From Daphnia carinata (taxonomy: Eukaryota), in NCBI RefSeq assembly GCF_022539665.2, contig NC_081333.1, forward strand, positions 11,718,001 to 11,782,000: a DNA stretch of 64,000 bases. Reading direction: 5' to 3'. Shown here piece by piece: positions 13,217 to 26,544 of this stretch (positions are counted from its first letter, which is position 1; the number at the start of each line of letters is the position of its first letter). Made by a program: the position numbers and the translations under genes. The notes under the pieces are model-generated. The model saw nothing but the letters and a program-made list of their open reading frames with translations. It had not been told where the DNA came from and did not search any database.

Positions 13217-13717
13217 TTAGTTAATGACGTAGAAATCGTCTCCGTTGTTGCTGCTGTTGCCCGTACCGAAGGAAAGCGTTCGCTGGTGAACAGGTTGGCC
13301 TCTCCACTGATCCCAAACTTGAATTCCTTGCGAATTTTGACCGACGTAAATTGCAACATGCCCACATTTCTTAGGTCTATTGCAATTGCTGCCGACGAAA
13401 CGATCTCCGTTCGTAAAAGATGCAATTCCTGTGCCAACGCGTATTTTTGCATTTTTTACCCTAGGTCCTCTCTTCCATTGCGACGTAGAACGGTGATCTC
13501 CAGAACATGTCTACAAAGTAATATCTCGATCTAGGTTACATGACACAGCTAAAAAAATGAATAGTAACACCTTGTAAAAAGAGACGCATTCGCCGCTAAA
13601 CGTGCCCCAAGGATCAGCTACTACTTTGCCGCTGTAAGCTCTTGGGTTAGAACATCTTCCTCCAATGCTCTGATCAATTATGGTAATCACCAAAACCGTA
13701 AGGATGAAGAATTTCAT
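13217..13717 (-). CDS. dae2: Domesticated amidase effector (Dae2 / Tae2-type peptidoglycan amidase), secreted, 146 aa, 2 coding exons
   Basis: Exons 13717-13571 and 13510-13217 give a signal peptide plus GECVSFYK…WKRGPRV…GTGIASF…GHVAIY…GIQVWDQW…RTLSFG…NNGDDFYVI, with the Cys/His dyad pattern of Tae2/Dae2. A TATA box lies at ~13931-13938 and there is a 5'UTR intron. Confidence 0.85.
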
Positions 13718-14503
13718 GGCTGACCTGCCAAAAGAATTTCACGTATTCAACAAAGTAGAATTAGTAAACTTTTTCTTTTTTTCTCAGTGTCTTTAAGAAC
13801 AAAAAGTATTATACACATTACACGGAAAAATAGAAATAAAAACGAATGATGCAAATGAATAAATACAACGATTATTACCTCATGCAGGGCTAGTTTTCAA
13901 ATGAACTGATTGCATTTCGAAAAACCGTGCTTTTTATACGTGGTGCTATTGCAATATTTTGTTGAATCAGCCATTTTGTAGACGTCGTGCCGTCATTCCC
14001 ATTGGTAGAACGCAGTTGGTTCTACTGTGTGTGTTTCCTTACTTGACAAAAATTCTTGAGCCATGCTTTCATCACGCAATAGAAAATCCAAGAAGATCGG
14101 GTTTCGCTTTAAAATAGTAACAATACATAACACAATTTCTGGTGTTATTACTGACGCAAGCAGACAACAAATTGGCGAGACATAAAAAAATAAAAATAAA
14201 ATAAAAAAATAGAAACAAATTTTAAAAAAGGAAAAAGAAAACACAAAAATACTGCGTTATCGAAGAGATTCGGTCGTTTGAATGTTAACTGACTTTGGAG
14301 CACAAGCTCCCAGAACAACGTATTTAGTCTTGCTTTCGTTTTAAGTTGGTAAAGAAAGTCAGCTTCTCTCGTCAGTAAGTTTTGATACTTATTTAATTTT
14401 AAAGTGATTTACTCATTCGCAAATTTTTTTTTTCGAACACGAAATAGGTCAGCCAATATTCGATTGAAAACTTGACATTCTTTGGAGTCGTTGATAGTTT
14501 AAA

Positions 14504-15321
14504 TTACAGTAGATAAACGGGGACTTCGAAGCAAACGATAACGTTGTCGTTATCGCCGAGAAGGCTCCAGATTGCCTTTGCGTTCACCTGAATATTACAG
14601 ACACAACGTTTAAAACATCGTTCTTTTGCTTACTAATGCTAGTACATGGGTGCGAAGGAATCTGTTAGCTTTCTTTACTTGTAACAAGTAAAACTTACCG
14701 AGGGGAAACTAGTTGATAGAACCAGAAGAGTGTTCATGGTAATGGGCTCAGACACGGTAACTGGGCAATCGCCGACTTTCACGTCCTCACAAGCAGGTGG
14801 GAAATTGCCTGGCCTACAAGTTGATTGTTAATAAATCTGTTGTTCAGGGAAAATTAATGGATTTTAATTATTTTAGCATACCAAGGAAGGGTGACACCGC
14901 TAATAACGCCCTTCACATCGGTGGTCAACGTGTTGGTGGGATCAGCTATTCAAATGAAATGAAAATGTCACAGCCTGTTTTATCGAATTTAGAAAAAATC
15001 GTTTCCGTCCGTACTTGCAGTGAAATCGTATTCGACAGAGACGTTTGTTCCACGGTAAACGATGCAAGGAAGGGCATTGCAACCCGGGACGCGCACAGCG
15101 GTCAGAGCGGCAGTTGAACCTAAATTGATAACACAGATTAAGAAGGAAAAAAACGATAGTCAGCAACGAACAAAATCGACTTGGATGCACGATCGAATGG
15201 TATAAAAATAAAAAATAAAAACTGAAATTGAAAAAAAAAATCCATTACCGCAATCCCTGAAGGGTGTGGCTGAGACAGCGACAAGAAGGAAGGCACAAGC
15301 GGCGATGGCTACTTTGAACAT
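14504..15321 (-). CDS. NPC2: NPC2/ML-domain paralog (older duplicate), 5 exons
   Basis: Same exon structure and Cys pattern as 8123-8900 but clearly diverged (MFKVAIAACAFLLVAVSATPFRDCG…VVIVCFEVPVYLL). Confidence 0.85.
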
Positions 15322-18300
15322 TTTAAATGTTGTCTTTCCGTTCGGCGTTGCAGCGAATGAAGTGACTGACTGGAAGAAATGGCTACCCTTTTTCTATCAC
15401 CTCAGTTTCGCGATGCTTATCATTTCGAATTGTCATTGCGTTAAACCACGTCAAAGTATTTGCTCCTGTCGTGTCAACGAATCCTATAAAGTATGTGGAT
15501 AAGGAAGTACAATCGATTATTTTTTTTTCCATTTGTTACCGTATTTCGAAGTCCATAGGTTGTTTGATGAACAATAACGTACGTTTTTGTTACGCAAACG
15601 GATAGGAAAATGTAGCCTATCGATTCAGGAACTGACAGGGAAAGTTAGTTGTGACACGTATTCTATCACCACAATAGTTTGGGTGTATTTCATTACCCCA
15701 AGTTACGTAGATCGCGGTACTCATCCAGATAATGAAAAATATTGGTGTCAGCCTGGCATATGTTCTTATGATGCGTATCGATAGAAGCGAAAATAATCTC
15801 TTCCGTATTCACTGTCTAGACTAATCAAATGGGGCAATTTTTTATTTGCGGGGGGGGGGGAGAACGTTACAGTCATTTGATTTGAGCATGAAATAATTTT
15901 GTTTTCTCTCTAAACACAATTGAAAGTGGCAAAGTTTTGTATACGTTCCCTTTTCTTTGCCTCGAGATTCCCATTCAGAGTTTTGTGCTCGTCTTACCAT
16001 TGAAATCCGCTTACAGAGGGTTTTAGTGCATTACTATAAGTACAAATCGAATTACGTTCAAGCGAGAGCGATCCCTTCAGTCGTTGTGTGGTTTTTATTA
16101 TGTTGGAATGTTGGACAGCCTAAACGTCCCAAACTTCAGTAGCTGAAAATCCTTTCCTATTGGATAATTTTTTTTTTTTAGATTAGACATGGGTGGCAAA
16201 AAGGAGGAGAAATGCTTCGTCATAAATTCAAAAAATTTTCAAGAAAATTCCTTTCATACCTAAAAAGTCCATGTATGATATTCATCGCTGCAATGCCAAC
16301 GAAGTGAAACATCTTTAGAGCCATTTAAGTACCCAGCTTCACCAACACTCTGAACGTAAAGCACAAGTTGTTCTTTAGTAAGAGAAGCAGCTCATACCTT
16401 AATGGTAATGCACTTTCAGTGTTTTTCAACTGTAGGCTCACTCTTCAATTCTGTAACACTTCCAGATTTTACTTGAACCCTCGCTAAAATTCTGTGAATG
16501 CAAAATAACAGCATTAAAAATACTTTTTCAATAGACAAAAAACCGAAAAGTACCTAATCCATGTTTTATGTTGAACTCACGCCATTTCTGGGTTTCCGTA
16601 CCACACCCATTTTCGGACCAAATACGGTCCCACAATTCTTCAGTTCCTTCGCTGCATGGACTTATTATTAACGATTCTTTTAGTACAGCACTAACAGAAT
16701 TTAACTTTAACACACTGTCAGGTGGTAGACTGAATAACTATACAATAAATAATTGTGTGTTAAAATTCATACCATCGGACTAAGCGGACCCCCACGTCCC
16801 CTTTCCGGCCAGAGCCCTCCAAACGTCGGTATATGTTATTTTTATATATACCGTACAGTAGGGGCATGACCCCCTACGGGCTTATTACGAGTCAAGGGGA
16901 AACGGGGCTACGGAAAGGAAGGGAGCCCAGATATGCACTTCAATTTTTAAATAATTAATACCGTAATACGCGGGAATACACAGGCGACTGATGGAGGGAA
17001 ATCCAATTCCGTACTTCAAATTATTATAACTTTTCGTTATCACATCCCAACCAGAAACCTTCGCAGGTTCACTATTGCTATTAATCTAAATTAAGAAAAT
17101 AAAACATAGATAAGCATAAGACGTTCTTATTGATATCGCTTACATGGTAGATAAATTCATCATCTGCCATATTCCTGTAGATTCCTGGCAGGAGCTTCTA
17201 AAAGGCTATGCAGTTGCAAATGATCACCATAGCCAAAACTTGAATACGAAAGTTTGGGAGAACCTTTCGTGTTGGCCACAGAGACCTTCCATGGGCTTTC
17301 CGATTGGACGTTCCATGCACCTTAAAAAAAAAAAAGAAAGGTTACATGGTTGGTTGTTTTGATCACTAAACGTGAAGGTAAAGAAGGTACATGGTCTCGG
17401 CAGTCTTGACGACAATTTCCATTATAACCTTATATCACCTCATTTTATGGAAAAAGAATTTCGTAGGCGACAGTTCAGAATAGAAAATGGTTGCATTCAA
17501 ATCTTTTGACAGGTGGGATTAAGGAATGTCGCCTTAGGGAGTGCAAACCGCGGTTTTCAAAACTATTAAATGTTTGTTAGCCATTGAAAGATTGCTGGCT
17601 GACGCAGACAATCGTTTGGGATATGATTAATGAGCTGCTTCGTGGGTAAAGCTCGTTTTTTTTAGTCCTCTCCAGGATGACATGAATTCCAGCATGTTCT
17701 ACACATGTATCAGCACTTAGCGATACACCAATTAAAACAATAAAAAAATTTGAAATAGTACCACCTTTTAATGTTTTTGACTCCATGATTCATCTTCGTT
17801 GCAATTGTGAAGGCAAGACAACTGACCTATGGTGATTTATTCATCTCACTTGCCATAACCGTTTTCCCAATGTATCAGCTATTCTGCCAACAGTAGTTTA
17901 CTAATACAACAATGACGATTAAAATTAGAAAACTAAGCAAACTCAGCAGAAAAGCATAAAGCACCAGGGAGTAACATTTTGCATGTTGACGAAGAATCCT
18001 TGGTTTATCATGTACATGGCAGAATATCCACATTGCCTGGATGGCGCAATCCTTTGCGTAATCACAAAAACAGTAACTAAAACATATTGAATTGAAACAA
18101 AATTTAAATGAAGTTTTACCCAACAGTCGGCTGCACCTCTGAATTCCAAAACTACGTCTACACATTCATATCAAGCTTTTCCAGCATGTCTCACCTTTGG
18201 CATGTGTTTAAATCATTCCTTCAAAAATTTTAAATAAATGTAAATAAAGTAAACAATTGATATTTATGTGACGTCGGAGTACCATTTGGCTGTCAAGCAT

Positions 18301-18729
18301 TCCATACAAGATAGGCATTTTGAAGAATCAGTGGCAGCAATCAAGTGCTACAATTTGAATATGGGCTAGGTGTTATAGTCGCTGAGGGCTCTCAATCCCT
18401 AAACTAAACCTTGCTCACTGATGTGACATTCTATAAAAGGATTTAAATCTTAATTAATGAGACATGCAGGATACTGTATAAAATTATAGTAAAGATGGTA
18501 CCAAATGCTGAGTTACTAGAAATTTTGCGTGGGAAATCTCCAACTGACCATGTGAAACATAAGTCAGCTGTACTGCATTTGCAAATCCATTGTTCAAGTA
18601 ACCATAGAAGCAGTGTTTCCACTTTCCGCAAAGTGGTATCCCTAGAACGTTGCCAGACTGGGGACATAAATCCCTATTTAAAAAAAAATAAAATCCCCAG
18701 AAAAATCCCTGTTACTTTCATGGCATACT

Positions 18730-19414
18730 CAGAGTCATAGAAACCTGGTTGCTCCACGGTGTGTGTAAATGCTACAAGGGTTTGCGGGGACTTGTGGTCG
18801 AATTCTGGCAGTTTTATAGCGAACCTAGCGGTTTTGGTGGAGTACTACGCGGTCCCAACCAAATGGAATCAGTAGCCGTAGAACACCCCTCCAGCGTTTT
18901 GTACTTAGAGTAGTCGGATGGCCAAGTCAAGCGTGTCTTTCAAGCATGGCCTACTATAATAACGTCCTGTCAGTGTCAGCGCGCAATACTTCTTGCGCAA
19001 AAAAGTTAATTGACAGAGGCGTAATAGATATGATACTAATATAAAATTACGTAATATAAAATTTTAATACAGAATTGAAATGAGTGGAAAAACAGTGGAA
19101 AGTGGAACCTAGCGCAGCGTGTGGTCAGCATACGTTGGGAAATGGAAAAAAGATAATCCAACTACTGGATTCGAACTCGGGCCTCCCGCATTGCAGTCGT
19201 AGGTGCTATCCGCTAGACCCAACAACTGATATTTAATGTCGTATCCCTTACGATTTTATTGCAGGATGGCAGGATATCTCTAATTCTAGTCAACAGATGG
19301 CTCTCCGACGCTGCCAGCTCCGCCCACAAAGGGGCGGAAATTTCGACCACAAGTCCCCGCAAATCCTTGTGGCATTTACACACACCGTGGAGAAACCAGG
19401 TTTCTATGACTCTG
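18730..19414. mobile_element. Non-autonomous TIR element (~70-bp TIRs; P-like 7-bp or Mutator-like 9-bp TSD)
   Basis: CAGAGTCATAGAAACCTGG…GTGGTCGAA is inverted at 19342-19414. Flanks read GCATACT on both sides (GGCATACTC if the termini are taken 1 nt inward). Confidence 0.8.
19158..19228 (-). ncRNA. tRNA-like Pol III A/B-box sequence (not a canonical tRNA)
   Basis: GGTCTAGCGG A-box-like sequence, with GAGTTCGAATCC B box 44 nt downstream. Stems pair poorly. Confidence 0.5.
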
Positions 19415-20094
19415 GCATACTCACATGGCCTACTATAATAACGGCCTGTCAGCGCGCAATACCTCCAGCGCCTAAAACTGCATTGAGGGGCGTAGTACCC
19501 CAACTAACGAACCTAGGGCCAGCTTACGGTAGGAAAGGGAAAAAAGAAATGACTGAGGCGATTCTCCAGGGGTCTCCAGCTCATTCTCTATTAGCTACTT
19601 ACAACTCTTCATGCTTGAACTTCATCAACAACTTCATCAACAACAACAGAGATACAAAAAGAAGAACAACAAAAACTTACGGGTAGCGAATTGGGTCACA
19701 TATCCCGATGATAAGCTCCCTGCATCCACGAGCCGTCTTTCAGGCCGTGGGGAGGCTAACGAACAGCCTACGTTCAACGATCACCTCTTCTCTACCTTTC
19801 AGTTTGTGGTTCGATCTTCAAGGTAGTGAACAGTACTACAGATCGATTTTTAGCCTGGCAAGGCTATTTTTGCCATTTTTAGCCTGGCAAGGCTTTTTTT
19901 GGTGTGCCATTTAGCACCTTTATAGTAGGCATGGCTCTTCTTCTTTCTCTTTTCTTTTCTTTCTTCTTGTTTTCTCTCTTCTTTTTTTCTTTCTTGAAGG
20001 CGTAGAATCTTGCGACTTGATCTGTTGTAGAAGCTTGCGTAATGCTGAAAATCTGATGAATCTTGCGTATCTTGATATGAAGAATTGGAGGGGG

Positions 20095-20175
20095 GTTTTG
20101 CGGCGGTGTCGGGGCTTGAACACGGGGCCTTCAGAATGCGAAGCGAAGGTGGTAACCACTGTGCCAGGACCGCAC
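20095..20175 (-). ncRNA. tRNA-like Pol III A/B-box sequence (not a canonical tRNA)
   Basis: TGGCACAGTGG A box (from 20166), with GTTCAAGCC 45 nt downstream. The acceptor stem does not pair. Confidence 0.5.
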
Positions 20176-20646
20176 ATCTCAAACAAACTTATTTTTCATC
20201 GACCTTCGTTCTAATACCGGAGCTATATAATATGTGACTAATAGTGGTGTCGCGCTGTGGTAGGGCGCTGTGGTATAGCACTGAGATCATACGTCGACTG
20301 TCCGTGTTCGGTTCTGATAGACGCCATTGCTTCAAAATGTTTTTTATTATTTTTATAAATGTAAATAAAAAAAATAAAATAACCCATTTTATTTATTTTA
20401 GAACAGTATTAAATCGAACACATTTTTAAAGCAATTAACCAGTGCCCGTCAAAGCCAAACAAGTTACCAGAAAAATTTAAATTGGCTATGGAAATAAAAC
20501 CATCGGATTGCCCCATCATATTTGTTTAGTTAAGCAATAAAGATATGGTTTTTTCCAAAAATAATTGTCATCGAACTTTCAACGTTATAAAGCCTCAAGA
20601 GAATCACAGCGTTTCCCAATGAACAGTGTGTTGCTCACCGAAGACC

Positions 20647-21345
20647 GAAGTAGAGAAAGGAACAAATTCATTTCAAGGAACTCGGTGAAATTTATTAAAT
20701 CGCATGGATTTGAAAGAAACCTTGACATGCATGTAAGAAAGCACTCTATGAAGTTGCCTTTGGCAGAAGACGTGGATCGCTTGATTTATAGAAGTTTGAC
20801 CGTTAGTTCGAAGCAAACAAGAGTGCTATCACTATCGTCGCGAAGTTCCCATATGGCTTTGGCGTTCACCTAAAATGGAAGGTGGAATGTAATTGCTTTC
20901 GAATTTTGAGTGGTATGTTTGGTCCACATGGTAAATCGCCTTTCAGGTAGGAAAAAACTGATTTTTTCATTTCTTAACGCAAACAGTACTATTGAACGAA
21001 GCTTACCGAAGGGAAGGCAGAAGATAGAACTAGAAGGGTTGACATAGTAATGGGCTCAGCCACTGCCACAGGGCAGTCACCAACTTTTACGTCCTCGCAA
21101 GCAGGAGGAAATCTACCAGGCCTAATGATAAAACGTCAATAAAACGCGATGACTAACATTCTTGCACATTTTTGAAATCGCATACCAAGGAAGAGTTACG
21201 CCACCAATAACGCCTTTCACGTCGGTCGTCAATGTGTTAGTAGAAACCGCTATCCAATACGAAAATTACAATAAATTAGGAGATTAAATTTAATTGTTAT
21301 TAACGATTTGTTTTTATATACACACCTGAGACGAAATCATATTCG
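20647..21345 (-). pseudogene. NPC2: 5'-truncated copy of the NPC2 gene (3' exons only)
   Basis: Near-identical to ~7993-8683. Similarity stops inside exon 2, so there is no start codon or signal peptide. Confidence 0.85.
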
Positions 21346-21602
21346 TATTATTTTTTTTTCCACTTCTTCCACATTCTATACGAACTAAACATAAAAATAC
21401 GATAATATAACTACACAAAGGTTAGAAGTTAATTTTGATATGTAACAGGTAATGGGATAATGGGACATGTCCCCTTGTTTGGACTTAGAAAATTTTTCAA
21501 GTAGGTGCAGCCTTTATTTTTTATTCAATATCGGTCGTAAGCGTATAACGAAGAGTTGTCTCACCATACTAATACACCATGGTTCAAGTAACCATATCCA
21601 AT

Positions 21603-22129
21603 TAGGGCTCGGCCCCGATCGTCTTTGATCGGGGCAAACCGCGGTTTTTCATTTAAAAATCGTCAAACCGTCGGTTCGGTTTGGTCATTTTTTACTGCGG
21701 TTCGGTTTTCGGTTTGCAGCTGGGCAAAACCGGTTTGAACCGCCATTAAAATTTTTTTTTAAACTTAGCTGAAATTCCAAATCAAGTAATTATCACTAAT
21801 TGTTGTGAGCGTAATGGTGATCGGCAACTTGTTGTAAATCAAATTTCCGATCAGACTTGTAGACATCGCGATCGAAAATTGGTCGATCCTTCCGCCATCT
21901 AGCGACAAAATCTGTTACTGATGTTATTGTCCTATGCAAACCGCAAATCCGCGGTGCAAACCGTAAAACCGCGGTGCAAACAGAAAACCGCGATACAAAC
22001 CGTCAAACCGCGGTTCAATCGGTTTGAAAAAAAAAAACGGCAAACCGAACCGCACCGGTTTGTCCTTTAAAAAAAAAAACCGCGCGGGTCGGCCAAAATC
22101 GTGCCCGATCGTCGCGGGGCCGAGCCCTA
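21603..22129. mobile_element. hAT-type MITE
   Basis: TIR TAGGGCTCGGCCCCG, AAACCG subterminal repeats, and 8-bp TSD TATCCAAT/TATCCAAA (7 of 8 match). Confidence 0.85.
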
Positions 22130-22272
22130 TATCCAAACCATGTCTGAAGGAATCAATGAGAAAATTAAATAGGAATCTGGCCGCTAGATGGCCATAGCTG
22201 TAAAAAAGAAAAAAAAGGCCAATTTTTTTTTTTTTTTTTGGGGGGTAAAACGGATTGCCATAGACTTATGGC

Positions 22273-22714
22273 CAGACCTGCCGTAATCGCGATTGAAAAT
22301 TAATCGCGATTGCGATTTCGATTAAAATTTTAATCGGCGATCAAATTATTTTAAAATAATCGAAATCGGCGATTAAAGTGGAAAAAAATTAATTTTTAAT
22401 CGCGATTATTTTTCGATTATTTAGCGACATCTATGAACGGTAGATGAGACTATATGAAAGTCTACTCATAGCTTTGTCATTTTTGTAGCAGACGCTTTTT
22501 TTAAAATTTTCACTTGTTTCAATTTTTTCAATTTAAACAATGGCAAGTTATTTTCTTACTGCTAGATGGCGGTCAAAAATAATCGGAAAAACAATCGCTA
22601 AGAAATTTAATCGCCGATCAAATTTTTTCAACAGACGAATGATCGCCGATTATTTTTTTGCGATTATCGACGGCTACTGATAATCGCTCAAGAAATAATC
22701 GGACGGCAAGTCTG
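22273..22714. mobile_element. hAT-type MITE
   Basis: TIR CAGACC/TTGCCG, AATCG subterminal repeats, and a perfect 8-bp TSD CTTATGGC (22265-22272 and 22715-22722). Confidence 0.9.
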
Positions 22715-23249
22715 CTTATGGCAATCCGTTTTACCCAATAAAAATAAAAAAAATATTGGCCTTTTTTCTGTTTTACTGCTATCGCCATCTACTGGTCACA
22801 TTTCTAGTTAATTGTCTACATACACTAACCGAAAAAATTTTTAAGCCCGACTAAATAAGCCCAACTAAATAAGCCCGACTTTTCTCGGTCGGGCTTAATT
22901 TTTTTTTCTGAAAAAACTGACATTCATCGGAATTGGTTGAATATCACAGGGTATACTCAAAATTGAATACTGATTCCGGGAAAATTGCTTTTTTAAAAAT
23001 TAATTTAATCATTTTTGAAATACACCGAATGTTTGACTCAATGTTAGCGCGCCAGTACGCTACAGCGCTAGCGCGATGCAGCAGAAATCTCAAGTGCAAT
23101 GCAATCATAATAAAGTTGGCAACGCCATCGGTGTCAATCTGAGGTGCTCTAGGTATTGTCTGCTAGTGTTTAAAATTTTCAGTGAGTACGAGGTGTCAAT
23201 TGTGAATGCATGGCGTTTGTATGTTACAGCATAAATCAAATATCTTGAA

Positions 23250-24163
23250 ATGGACACATCTTTCACTCGTAAGTTGAAGAACACGATGGCAATTGATGGG
23301 TTAAATTTATGTTTCGCCACTTATTGGTTTAATTTGCTGAGCTGCTCACAGTTTCATTAATATGGTTTCTCCTGGCAATATGCAATGCTTTTTCGTAGTG
23401 AGCAACAGCCCTTCACCTGTAAAAAAATCGGGAAACTCTCAGCGAGCATTTGAACTAGCTGGGGAGCTATATAGCCAGATCCAACAATGGTATCTCTTAA
23501 TCACTACAGGAAGAAATATAATCAATAACATATTGCAGCTGAAAACAAAATTATGGTAAATTTTCAATTAAATAATTGCTAGAATGTGTTTTTAAGTTCA
23601 TAAGTACTACACCATCAACCAAACAGGGAAAATCCAGGTAATGCTGCTGATTTGTCGGAACTACAATTCCAGTGTGATCAACTTGGATCAGTTGTTTCTG
23701 AACTGGTCAGGTCTAAAAACATTAGACACAGTTACAAAGTTACTAATTTGAGACTACTTAGGAGGTGCTGCCTAAACAAATGGAAAAAATACAAGACCAG
23801 TACAAAGCATTGGAAAAATTGGGTGAACTTCAGAAAAAAATTGGATCAAACATCACATGTGATTCCACACCATTAATGTTTCTTACTTGGCCAAACTCCA
23901 AATTTGGTAATAGGGATTTGTAACTCATCTTGGTGATGAACGAGCTGTTAATTTTTTATCCTTTAGTTGTAGTTGTCACTTCCATTAAAGATGCTTTTAA
24001 TAAGGAGTTGCAATTGAAAAAATGCATTGCTGAAAATGTGGCACATTGTCAGCAGAAACAAATGCTTGATTTACATAAAATTGCCTGGGTCCATCAGGTT
24101 TATGTAACTTATACTACTAAGCTCCAGTTAGAAGCCCTCTTGGTAGAAACTGGTCAACGTTGA
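23250..24163 (+). CDS. CINP: CDK2-interacting protein, copy 1, 5 exons
   Basis: Spliced product includes PLMFLTWPNSKF…NKELQLKKCIAENVAH…WVHQVYV…LEALLVETGQR, matching the recalled CINP C-terminus. Confidence 0.85.
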
Positions 24164-24388
24164 AGACATTTATTGGCAATTGAAGGTATGGAAATTACAT
24201 AACTGATTTTGAAAAGAGTTTACTTTTATTATTTTTTTCTCTTTATTGGAGAATTTTATTTCCCAGATGAGAACTTTTTAAAGATCGGCATGTTTTATAC
24301 GTTAAATACCATAGAACACCGATTTTTAAAAAGTGATTTGAAAAATGTCTTCAAATGCAGAAAATGCTATTTAATTTAAAACGACTTG

Positions 24389-26544
24389 CTAGAGATCGCA
24401 TCCGAGGCGCTCTATCTCTTCTGCGAAGAATTCCATGTCTTTCGTATTGACACCCGAGCTTTGTAGAACTAGTCGGAAGAAGTTTGGCAAATTTCTCAGC
24501 GGTTGGTAGGTGATCATCATGCTGCCCTTTTTGATCATACGTTCTTTGATCTTTGGAGCGATCTAAATCGAATGCGGTTTTACGTAAAAAAGAAATTCTC
24601 CTTTAAATTGTAAATCGAAGTAAGAGCTATTGTACTCGGTGTAGCTTTTCATGATAATCTTCGTCATGCTGAGAATTTCGAAGGCTTGGCGGAATATACC
24701 AAAAGCATACGTTCACGAATGATGGCTCCTCTAGTACTAGTTTGAAACCTTCGCGATCCCGAATAAATGAAGTGAAATAGGCTGCATTTTCAAAGAGTGT
24801 ATCCACATGTCTTTCCAAGCCTAAACTTCCCTGCGATAAGTTGAGATGAAAGGGAAGAGCAATGGCGTTAAGATACTTGCTCGCTAGTTTTAATTGGTTA
24901 GCAACAATTCCTCCTAAGTTTATTCTGTACAATAATTTGAGCAGTGTTTTTTTTTGTGAAAATTTACCTTCGCTTGCCACATCAGCCAAAATTTGAGGAC
25001 GTCTGCTCGTCGTCCGCATTGCAGATATTTGTCTCCGACGTCCCACTTGGGATCATAAAACTTATCTTTTTGAAACAAATAAGACGCTGAAGCGGAATTG
25101 GCCTCCAGGAGAAGGTTTAGATGTCGTGTCAAAAAAGTGGAACACTGCTGAGGTACCCCAAGCAATTTGTGGGGGTTCCACGTTACGGAATCGGCTCTGG
25201 TTAGTAAGATGAAACAAGTTAAGTTGCTTCTTTGATTATTCTGACATTTTTACCGCTGAATTCCATTTAGGATATGACGATGCTTTGTGGACATAAGAGC
25301 TCCGCCTCCCCATGCTGCGTCTACATGCATCCATAGACCAAATTCTTGACATATGTCAGCGATCCCGTCAAGAGGATCTGTTGAGCCTAAGACGGTGGTT
25401 CCTGCGGTTATATACAATGCCGATAATTAAGATAAGTAAGATTTTGATACTGGTAAATTATATTGACCGGCTGTGGCCGACACCATAAATGGTCTGGCAC
25501 CCTCCTTGAGAGCTCTTTGTATTTCTTCTCGAAGATGTGCGAGATTCATTCGACCATCATTATCCACATCTACTAGGTAAAGATTGGATGTGCCTATTCC
25601 AAGAAGGAAACAAGCTTTCTTGATTGAATAATGGGCATCTTTGGACGTCAAAACCACTAGGCGACGTGATGCAAAAGTTCCTTTTTCCTGAAATTTCAAT
25701 AAAAGCTGAAAAATCAGTTTCCTACCATTGAATGATGCAACACAACCGTGTTTTCTAGAAATTGCAACCTCATAAGTAAACGAAATATTTATAGTGGTTG
25801 AACTTGATTTAGCTTTTGTAAGACACTTAACAAATTTTTAGGAAACATTGGTTGAAATCGAATCCTTGGGTTTACTTTCAAATCCGGCATAGCGTGATGT
25901 CGAGCACATTGAATCCCGTATATATTAGCCATTGAACCGCCTGGGCAAAAAACTCCATCGCCACTGCCACCTGGGAATCCTACGTAACGTCGCATTTCGC
26001 AAAGAAGTTTATGCTCCAGGAGCGTAAAAACAGGAGCAACTTCGTATGTATAAACACTGGGATTCAAAGAATCTGTTACCCACTGGGCCACAAGTCCGTA
26101 TGGATCCAAACTAGTTTAAGGAAAAAAATAATCAAAGGTAAGTTATATAATTGGTATAGATTTCGGTGTGGCGTTATCAGTAGAATAATACGTTTTTCTT
26201 TACCTTGAAAATAGTTGATTGATGAAATGTGGATGACCAGTCTTTACGCTGTAACGTACAACGTCCTTTATAAGTTTGATTAGATTGTCGTCCGATTCAG
26301 GATTTTTTGGCAGCTCTTCTCCCAGTAAAGCCATCAAAGATTCTGGCTCCATCCATTCGATGACTAAACTATCATTTGACGTTCCCTGGAACACAGCTTC
26401 TTTCAACAGAACATCAATAACCTGTCGGATGAATTGTTCGTGTTGGTCTTTGGAAGGTTTTGTTTGAAAGCGATCCATTAAAGTTGGTGTTTCAGAGTTC
26501 AGTTTACAGTGCGATATAACGGTGTTAGTGTTGTCTTTTTGCAT
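24389..26544 (-). CDS. Group II PLP-dependent decarboxylase (CSAD/GADL1/aspartate 1-decarboxylase-like), copy 1, intact
   Basis: [57 protein letters not shown] (PLP Lys), [24 protein letters not shown]. Confidence 0.9.

Larger units (their letters stand above)
16150..20640. mobile_element. Degenerate transposon-derived region with broken spliced ORFs and nested elements
   Basis: Shares sequence with 7067-7266 and contains stop-ridden exon-like fragments, a TIR element and tRNA-like boxes. The superfamily was not identified and the boundaries are approximate. Confidence 0.4.

Noticed and set aside
16190..18700. Assignment of the broken ORFs to a specific transposase family
   Set aside because: No catalytic motif could be recognised with confidence. 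A profile search is needed.
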